From a virus: a stretch of 64,000 nt of DNA. Location of the stretch: IMG/VR virus record IMGVR_UViG_3300022902_000006, one strand, 5' to 3'. A program made the translations under genes and the position numbers. Every line of letters starts with the position of its first letter. Positions within the stretch are counted from its first letter, which is position 1. Positions 57,234 to 64,000 of the stretch are shown one piece after another. The notes under the pieces are model-generated. The model saw nothing but the letters and a program-made list of their open reading frames with translations, had not been told where the DNA came from and made no database searches.

Positions 57234-57638
57234 ATCCCTCCTACAAAGAAAACGTGCACCGCCCCCGTATCCTGCCGTCCCCGCAGGGACGACGAGTTGG
57301 ACATAAGGGGCAGTGCACCGATGGGATAACGACCTCCGCGCGATCCGTGATGCGTCGCCGGGGGTTGGGAGTGGCGCGCAGACTCTTCCGGAGATACGGG
57401 CTAATGTCAGCCCCGCACAAAGCCTACGGCCCCCACGTGTTAGGGCTCGCTGGGTCGACGCTCGCCGGTCTTGGAGCGTCGCCTTTGAGTGGCGAGTTAC
57501 TGCGGTACTACTTCTCCTCCTCGTTGTGATGTCGTGTAAAGGTGATTCCGGACTCCCCGGATACCACCCGCCGCTCCCACCACACCCGCCGAAGCAGGTG
57601 CAGTGAGGGCGGTCTTGTCTTGTTGGTCGTCGCACCCG

Positions 57639-58106
57639 CTACGCGGGGGCCTCCTCCGTCTCCAGCGGACCCTCGAACGGCGTCTCCACGACCTCCTCCT
57701 CCTCCTTGGGCGGCACGCTGGTGGGGTACATCCACAGGGACGGCGCCTCCAGGTCGCGGTCGCCGAAAACGACGCAGGGGATGTTCTCGTCCGGGTCCGC
57801 GTCGCCCGTGGGGATGACGACACCGTGACCCGAAGCAGCGGACACCGTGCCAGCGGCAGCGAGAGACACACCACGCTCGGCCTTGGTGGAGGCGAAGTCC
57901 AGCTTCACCGACGCCCATGCGCACGCCTTGCCCATCATGCGGAAAACGAACCCCAGGGCGGCGAGCACCATCGCCGGGACCCCGAAGACGAAGGCACCCA
58001 TCATGCACAGCACGACCGCCACGACGGCCACGATGACCAGCACCATGCTGAAGGAGTACGCCAGGCCACGCAGGGCCACAAACTTCGCACTGAGTTCTTT
58101 CTTCAT
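57639..58106 (-). CDS. membrane protein (two TM helices)
   Basis: SD GGAGG; long hydrophobic N-terminus. Confidence 0.65.
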   Translation of the reverse strand: MKKELSAKFVALRGLAYSFSMVLVIVAVVAVVLCMMGAFVFGVPAMVLAALGFVFRMMGKACAWASVKLDFASTKAERGVSLAAAGTVSAASGHGVVIPTGDADPDENIPCVVFGDRDLEAPSLWMYPTSVPPKEEEEVVETPFEGPLETEEAPA

Positions 58107-58207
58107 AATTCCCTCCGTAGGAATGTGGTTGAAGAATGGCTGCTCATCTTCTCGCGGTAACGAGAACACTTATTACGGTGTGGGGTCGAGTTGATGAGCG
58201 AATTAAG

Positions 58208-58251
58208 ACACTCGACCTTACTTTCTTGTACCTGTTTGGGTGGTTATTTTT
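58208..58251 (-). promoter_or_regulatory. duplicated promoter-leader block, copy 1
   Basis: ACACTCGACC-N5-TTCTTGTACCTGTTTG..TTTTT, same as 58811-58855. Confidence 0.65.
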
Positions 58252-58267
58252 GAACGATTTACGGCAT

Positions 58268-58294
58268 AAAAAAACGGGGGTTACGGCCCCCGTT
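58268..58294 (-). terminator. Rho-independent terminator
   Basis: AACGGGGG/CCCCCGTT stem with A7 on + (U7 on -). Confidence 0.75.
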
Positions 58295-58316
58295 GTACTG
58301 CTCACACCAGCCCGCG

Positions 58317-58718
58317 CTAATGCACCTGCACCCAGCGCCAGGGCTGAGGCGTGGTGTAGTCACGCGGGTCGAACGCCCCGAAGATGGGCTCATCCATGTT
58401 CACGCGACGACGCAACCCGTACCGCGTGGACGAGAAGGACTGCGTGTCCTCCAGGATGACGCTGTCAATGCCCAGCAGCACCTCGGCCATGAAGAAAAGG
58501 GACCGGGTATTGCGCACGTCGCTCTCGCGCCGCTCGTACAGCTTGTGCAACAGCGGAACCATGTCTGGGTTCACCAGCAGGACCTGGGTGAGCGCCTGCT
58601 CAACCACAGCACCCTTCGCCGCCAGGTAACGGTTGTCCGATGCCCCAACAACCTTGAACCACGCCTGCTCAGCGCCATACTGGATGATATCCAGAACCAA
58701 CTCTGCTACATCTTTCAT
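58317..58718 (-). CDS. orphan protein (133 aa) adjacent to the hairpin array
   Basis: SD GAGGAG, own promoter and terminator, strong codon bias. Confidence 0.75.
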   Translation of the reverse strand: MKDVAELVLDIIQYGAEQAWFKVVGASDNRYLAAKGAVVEQALTQVLLVNPDMVPLLHKLYERRESDVRNTRSLFFMAEVLLGIDSVILEDTQSFSSTRYGLRRRVNMDEPIFGAFDPRDYTTPQPWRWVQVH

Positions 58719-58810
58719 GATGTATTGCTCCTCTCTCCGGATGAGAGATCATTACGCCTCGTCACTCTATAAGGGCACGGTCGATAAGACGAGACGTGTT
58801 CAATGGTTGA

Positions 58811-58855
58811 ACACTCGACCGCATATTCTTGTACCTGTTTGAGTATCATATTTTT
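58811..58855 (-). promoter_or_regulatory. duplicated promoter-leader block, copy 2
   Basis: See 58208-58251. Confidence 0.65.
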
Positions 58856-58862
58856 AGGATCT

Positions 58863-58885
58863 AAAAAGCGGCGTGGGAGCGCCGC
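58863..58885 (-). terminator. Rho-independent terminator closing the array on the - strand
   Basis: GCGGCG/CGCCGC stem followed on - by T5. Confidence 0.65.
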
Positions 58886-61240
58886 AGTGATGCCTTATGT
58901 AATGGGGCCAGAGACCAACTTCGAGGTGCAAGCTCGAAGTTGGTCTCAGCAGGCAGTAATAGCATCTCCCTCACCCCGGAGATGCCGAGCACTGCCGAAG
59001 GTCTAATACCGACGTTGCGCCGGTCGCTCTAGGAGCACGCATCACTTGTTGGTACTTACTTACTACAAACAACCACGATACTTGAATCTCCCGCTCCTGC
59101 TGGTGTGGGACAGTTTTGTGGGGTAGTACGTAGGCCACCCCACAAAGTCTCGTGACCATCCCGCCAGGCTTGGTGGGGTGGGTAAGAACGCCCCACGGCG
59201 CAGTATGTGCCTAATACGTGGGCGTAGCACCCACACGCCGCCAGGACGTACTATCGTGGTGATTCCTTCAGTTGACGATCCAGGTGGGGTTCACGAGGTG
59301 GGGACTAACCTCGTGAGCTTCACCCAGTCGCCGTAGTGCCCGGTACACGACCTTCGGTCGTAGTCCGGGTCAGGCATTTGTTACTACTCCCTGCGAGCGT
59401 GTCGCTCGCCGTGCATGCTAGTACACACGAATCACCGGTCTCACTTCACTATCCCTCAGAGGGTTCTTTTAATAAGGCGTGCGCCGCGATGTTTGTGGAA
59501 GGGATGTCGCGTAGGCATGGGTGTAGTCACTTTGTCAAAGTGTCTGTACCCAGGGCGTCCACGTGACATCACTCCACGTGTATCAGCGAAGCTACCCCGT
59601 GGGCGGTGCGCCCACCACTTACGTCGTGCGTTGAGACCTAGTTTTGAACTAACGCGCTTACTTGTCTGTCACCGGAGATTGACCTATTCGGCTGAGGTGT
59701 TGGTGGAGTCCGGCACGAGCCGGACGCCCAACATATTCAGCGATGTCGCCCTTTTCGTTTATATGGGTGTAGCACCCACCACGTATCAACAACCACTAAG
59801 CGCGAGTTGCTAGAGCTAGAGAATGTGGCGAATCACTTCGTCGCGCCCTCTGCTTCGTGGGGTGTGACATCGGCGCGCGGCACCTTGCGCGACAATGTCG
59901 CATATCGTGAACCGGAGTTCAGTACCGTATGTGGGCGTTGCACCCACGCCACGTCCTGTGAACCAACTACACGCTTTCGTATGTACCTTATTCGCTTATT
60001 GGTGAGGAGGGAGCCCTCCTCGTCGTTAAAGGTGCAAATACACACCCGCCGAACAACCCTCGCATGTATTTGTACCGTAACGCGGGGGAGGTGCGTACGC
60101 CCGAACAACTCACCGAGGTTTCTACCACTCTACGGTGTCGTTTCAACACCTGTGAATTCGTTGACCGAATAAGGAAACGCTCACTAACAATTTTGACAGG
60201 GCGGAGTCGCGTAGGCTTCGGGAGACTCAGTGTTCCGAAGTCTAGGTGGCTCCGCACAAAGATGTTCTGGGTTCGGATACGGTGGAGGAGCCTCGCTTTA
60301 TCGGCGCCGCCTTAGCAAGCTGATTGAGGCGACGATATCCGAAGCTCCACCGCGTATCGTGTACCTGGCGACGTTTCGTCACCACCACGTCTGTGACGTG
60401 TACTGAGCGTTCAGGTTGTTGCTTTGGATTAGGACCCCAGTGGAGAGCGAATCGCAAGTTCGGATCACGTGATGACAGTGCTTTTGAGCACAGACTCAAA
60501 GGGATCCGTGCGCAGCGAGTCGCGATATCTTGATGAATGATCTAACTGCACGTCCAAGACGTAGTCGTCGGACTGCACCAGAGGGAAGTTAGATCAGACG
60601 GCAAGATCTCCTGAGCAATCACGTGGGCGTAGCACCCACACGCGCGCAGCGTACCAACAACCAGTTTACGGCGTAAATCGTACCTTATCCTCACTAGGGG
60701 CTGTCATCGACCAAGATGACCTATTGCTGAGTGTGGGACGCGCTAGGCGAAGCCTGAGCGGCGTACCGCATGTAGCGTGTGCTGCTTACTACTTGTGGTG
60801 GCGGTGCGCCACCTATGTAACCGACGTCGGTTAACGACTGAGGACAAAACACTCGCTTGAGTCTCTAAAAGGTGTTGTTCAAGCACGGCAATTGAAGGGG
60901 TCAAAACACGCTTTGCACCGCCGCAGCGGGGCAGTGTTTTGGGAACTACAACTGTCGGGGATGGATATAACACCTCTAACAGTAATGGTGGTGTTGCACC
61001 ACCGCCTGACCTGATCAGGTTTACCGAGTGTGTACTGTGAAGCGCTGACTTCATTTTACGATAGAAACAGATAGTGGGATGTCACACGACATCCGCTTTG
61101 GTGTGGCGGTCATCTCCGGGTGTCCCCGGGGACTGGCCTACCGCTACGGCGGAGACACTACTGTGTGGACTGCTCTTATCCCGCGCATCCTTCCGCTGAC
61201 GTTACGTCAGCTCCCTGGGAACCTGGCCAGGCTTTCTCAG
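58886..61240. ncRNA. structured non-coding array: 12 units of about 200 nt, each marked by a 17-nt hairpin
   Basis: No credible ORF over 2.35 kb; dense long helices; periodic hairpin (see next feature). Confidence 0.8.
59008..61211 (-). repeat. 12 periodic 17-nt hairpins (7-bp stem ending YG/CR, 3-nt loop)
   Basis: Starts at 59008, 59218, 59393, 59599, 59763, 59931, 60134, 60367, 60623, 60797, 60987, 61195; all fully paired (WC or G.U) on the - strand. Confidence 0.85.
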
Positions 61241-61246
61241 CGCTAC

Positions 61247-61975
61247 TTACTTCTTGTTGAACATCGCCACCATATCGGCGTACGAGGAGGGCTTGAACTG
61301 CTTGAGGATATCGAAGGAATTGTCTTGTAGGATGGAGAGTCCCATGAGTGTGACCGTGGGAAGTGTTCCAGGAGCCATCACGCCACCTTGCCCCGCCGCA
61401 CGCATAAATGCGACCGACGACTTGAGCACATGAGCCTCTGCCTCAGTGGTGTCTGGAGTAGCCACGGTGTGCCCTGAATCCTTGGCGCAGTCCTCGGCGG
61501 GGGAGATGACGCAGTGGAAGCGACACATCGCCGGGCGGTACTTGTAGATGGTGCAGTCGTGTGTCTTCTCATCCACGAACCCACACATATTGTTGCTATC
61601 GAACCAATCTACTGCAGATACCTTATCCTGGAACTTGGCCTGGAATTCCAGCACGGACAGGAGCGACATCAACTTCTCTTTTGGGTAAAGTTTGAGGAGG
61701 TAGCGAGCGATAACCAACCCTTCGGCGACCGTGGCAAGGACCTGCTGCTTACAACATGCAGTGCACCCACGCGTGCAGGAGACGGTTTCACCCTGTGCCT
61801 CCTCGAATGCTTGTATCTTGCGCAGAAAGCGCTGATGCACGAGGTCCAACATATCCTCGAACACGTCAAGAAGTAGGTTCAGCTCTCCACAAGGTGCGTA
61901 GTGCCCGCGCTTGGTCAGTCTTCTGCTCTTGTAGCCCTTCGGCTTCTTCCTCGGCTTCTTTGTCTTCTTGGGCAC
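61247..61975 (-). CDS. YkgJ-family Cys-cluster protein with Lys-rich N-terminus
   Basis: SCTRGCTACC ... CGFV...CTIYKYRPAMCRFHC; SD GGAGGAG, GTG start. Confidence 0.85.
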   Translation of the reverse strand: MPKKTKKPRKKPKGYKSRRLTKRGHYAPCGELNLLLDVFEDMLDLVHQRFLRKIQAFEEAQGETVSCTRGCTACCKQQVLATVAEGLVIARYLLKLYPKEKLMSLLSVLEFQAKFQDKVSAVDWFDSNNMCGFVDEKTHDCTIYKYRPAMCRFHCVISPAEDCAKDSGHTVATPDTTEAEAHVLKSSVAFMRAAGQGGVMAPGTLPTVTLMGLSILQDNSFDILKQFKPSSYADMVAMFNKK

Positions 61976-62660
61976 GCCACTCCTCCCTGAGTTTGTCGTA
62001 TTCCTTTCGCATGCTGTGAAACCGTCGACCTCCATCAGGTCTCTGGTTGTCTTTAGGGTCCGACAATATACGCCAACCCGCGTCGTCCTCCGTTCCACGC
62101 CCACAGAACCACGCCTGGCACGTAATGGGCCTCGTAGCGTAGATGGAGCAGCGGCAACCCTTGAGGAAGGGACAATCCCCGTCATCGAAGTGCTTGAGGT
62201 ACGTGTATGTGTTGGGGCGAAACACCCCAAAGCCCGACGCAAGGTTAGGCGTCTCCTTCTCCCCGGGCTCTGGTGCCATGGAAGCGTTGCGTATGAGCCC
62301 CCGGAAACGCCACAACCTGTCCCGAGGATACACGCACACCTCGAACACACGGCAGCAGCGAGCGTCGCACGTCGCACACACCTCGTGGGATGTCTTGTTG
62401 TCGTGGGAGAATGCACTGTGGGGCCAGCGGTCATCAGGGCCAATCTCGTGGTCGTCGAAGTCGGACTCCACGATTGTTTTTAGCCTCTCCACAAGCTCTG
62501 GCTCTTCAGCCTCCACCTCTTGGACGGCCTTAATGCACTCTTGCAGCTCCACCATCTCGTCTGGGGTGATGACGCCACGAGGGGTGATGGTGTCCTCTTC
62601 GCTAAGTGCTTGTTGCTCCCCCTTGAATGTTTTGAGAGACATGAAGACACCGTCAGCCAT
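61866..62660 (-). CDS. YkgJ-family Cys-cluster protein with acidic N-terminus
   Basis: CATCDARCC ... CPFLKGCRCSIYATRPITCQAWFC. Confidence 0.85.
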   Translation of the reverse strand: MADGVFMSLKTFKGEQQALSEEDTITPRGVITPDEMVELQECIKAVQEVEAEEPELVERLKTIVESDFDDHEIGPDDRWPHSAFSHDNKTSHEVCATCDARCCRVFEVCVYPRDRLWRFRGLIRNASMAPEPGEKETPNLASGFGVFRPNTYTYLKHFDDGDCPFLKGCRCSIYATRPITCQAWFCGRGTEDDAGWRILSDPKDNQRPDGGRRFHSMRKEYDKLREEWRAQEDKEAEEEAEGLQEQKTDQARALRTLWRAEPTS

Positions 62661-63264
62661 CGAGCATCTCCAGCACGCTCTCCGCCAGAAGCGCAGCACC
62701 CTTGACTCGTAGGGGGTCTCGGTTGTCCTGCGCCAACGTGGAAACCTCTTCAGCCAGCTTGCGCAGCAGCTCGTGTTCCATGGTTAGGCGTGTGGCCCAC
62801 ACCAACGTGTCGTAGTGTGCATCGAAGAGCCGAATAGCGTCTGCCTGGGTCTCCGGCTCCTCCCCCTTGCACAAATCGCCGAAGAACTCCTCCGCGTAGA
62901 ACCTAAGTGCCTTCTTGGTAGCGTCGAGAGCACCCTGCACACCTTTGGACCACTTCACAGGGCATTGAGGAGAACCCACAGGTCCCTTTTGCCCCTCTGA
63001 AGCAGGAGTATGGTAGTACATCGCCTTCACGGAGCCCTCGTACAACCCAGGCCAACACGCTGGGCACGGTTTTCCGTAAAGGAAGCGGTTGTGCTTGGCG
63101 CAGCACGCATCGGCGGGGGTATTGAAGCGGTGACTCTTCAACAGGTCCACGTCGAGCTGAAAGCCAGGCAGGTGCACGCCACATATAATACACATGACCT
63201 CCGTGGGGCTTCGGAACGCCGCGCTGCCAATGGGGTGGCCGCAGGGGAGTAATACATTACTCAT
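62653..63264 (-). CDS. Cys-rich hypothetical protein
   Basis: SD GGAGG; CGH, CIIC, CC..H and CPAC motifs. Confidence 0.55.
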   Translation of the reverse strand: MSNVLLPCGHPIGSAAFRSPTEVMCIICGVHLPGFQLDVDLLKSHRFNTPADACCAKHNRFLYGKPCPACWPGLYEGSVKAMYYHTPASEGQKGPVGSPQCPVKWSKGVQGALDATKKALRFYAEEFFGDLCKGEEPETQADAIRLFDAHYDTLVWATRLTMEHELLRKLAEEVSTLAQDNRDPLRVKGAALLAESVLEMLDG

Positions 63265-63643
63265 GGCGAGCCACCTCCAACGCTTCCTGCTGCTGCATGT
63301 ACGCCGCCACACCCTTCAAAGTACCAAACACCGGGATACCACACATAGTTGCCCGCGCACTCTCCGCCCGTGCACCCGCCGACGCCTCCCAGTTGGGGAG
63401 TAGCACCATGATGTCGCACCGCTCCAGCAGCTCCACAGTCCCGGCCAACCAAAACTCCTCTGTCAACTGCCCGAAAAAGAGATGGGTGTTGGCATGGGGA
63501 ATGAGGGGCATCACCCCCAGCTTCGCTACCTCCAGGGCAAGCTCCTCCGCTCGCCGCACATTCTGTGCGATGTCCCAGGTCGTTTCACCAGTGAACGGGC
63601 CTGCGATGTAAGCGATCTTCAACCGCCTCTTCGTCTTTGCCAC
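63257..63643 (-). CDS. DUF4406/DUF1937-like (deoxyribosyltransferase-fold) protein
   Basis: IAYIAGPFTG, PLIPH, ELLERCD..VLLPNWE.S.GA..E. Confidence 0.8.
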   Translation of the reverse strand: MAKTKRRLKIAYIAGPFTGETTWDIAQNVRRAEELALEVAKLGVMPLIPHANTHLFFGQLTEEFWLAGTVELLERCDIMVLLPNWEASAGARAESARATMCGIPVFGTLKGVAAYMQQQEALEVARHE

Positions 63644-63745
63644 TCTGCTCCCTCCGTTGGGTAAATATTTCGTCGCTGCAGCGTACATGCACAGCGCACC
63701 TTCTAGTACCACTACGTAGTACGTATTTGTGAGTGGTACACCGTA

Positions 63746-63958
63746 CTACGGAGCGCCGTCCTTGTCCGACTCCCGGTGCGGAGCGTCGAGCACGTCATCC
63801 ACGGCGACGAGCCCACGCTGCAGTGCACGCCACCCGCCGACCACGAACTTGAAGCCCAGCACGATGGTGAGGAGCGCAGCCACAATCAGCGCGTACACCC
63901 CCCAGAAGAACACCACACCACCTCTCGTGGCTTGTGGTTCAGAATCCTGCACCATCAA
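63746..63958 (-). CDS. small membrane protein
   Basis: SD GGAGG; TM helix. Confidence 0.55.
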   Translation of the reverse strand: MMVQDSEPQATRGGVVFFWGVYALIVAALLTIVLGFKFVVGGWRALQRGLVAVDDVLDAPHRESDKDGAP

Positions 63959-64000
63959 TCACCTCCAGAATTCACGACCTGGGCACCCAGCGCAGCGCTG

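Noticed and set aside
59206-59217. 16S rRNA-like motif GTGCCTAATAC
   Set aside because: Isolated 11-mer; no other universal rRNA motifs follow.
59931-60387. Hairpins as tRNA microhelices ending in NCCA
   Set aside because: A clean 7-bp stem plus NCCA is seen only for copies 6 and 8 (partly 4 and 5); not conserved across the array.
59008-61211. Strict N4-type hairpin promoters
   Set aside because: Stem and loop sizes fit, but the expected +1 purine and GNA-type loop are not conserved; kept only as an analogy.
58886-61240. CRISPR array or TIGR array
   Set aside because: Repeats are only 17 nt and vary in sequence, spacers are about 150-240 nt and structured, there are no cas genes, and there is no 36-nt periodicity.
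1-64000. Reverse transcriptase, Cas6 or integrase partner for the array
   Set aside because: I recognise no ORF in the window with RT, RAMP or tyrosine-recombinase motifs; a partner may lie outside the window.
1-64000. Genome-wide stop-codon reassignment
   Set aside because: TAA, TAG and TGA all terminate well-packed genes; only one in-frame TAG was seen.

Overview
The window is part of a large, GC-rich (roughly 60% by eye) tailed-phage genome with a contractile tail, probably a jumbo phage. The host cannot be determined from the sequence. Bases 1-28.6 kb are mostly a + strand virion module: head decoration protein, major capsid protein, neck and adaptor proteins, tail sheath, tube, baseplate hub, many Gly-rich putative internal proteins, and then a dNK gene. 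Bases 29-64 kb are mostly a - strand accessory region of small ORFs: cupin, DNA methyltransferase, TOPRIM, sigma70-r4, Lar-like, three YkgJ-family proteins, an IS110/Nop-domain protein, four normal tRNAs and two tRNA-like RNAs with abnormal anticodon arms. The most striking feature is a non-coding 2.35-kb array at 58.87-61.24 kb. It holds 12 copies of a 17-nt hairpin that keeps its structure while its stem sequence varies (7-bp stem, 3-nt loop). The copies are 164-256 nt apart (mean about 199), separated by unique, densely base-paired spacers. G.U polarity says the hairpins fold on the - strand while the spacers fold on the + strand. Three solitary copies of the hairpin lie in other intergenic regions, two just downstream of a recurrent promoter motif. 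The array is flanked by two tandem YkgJ (CxxCxxCC) genes and lies 2 kb from a Tas-like Nop-domain gene with no nuclease domain. All protein assignments are from motif recognition by eye; no database search was run.
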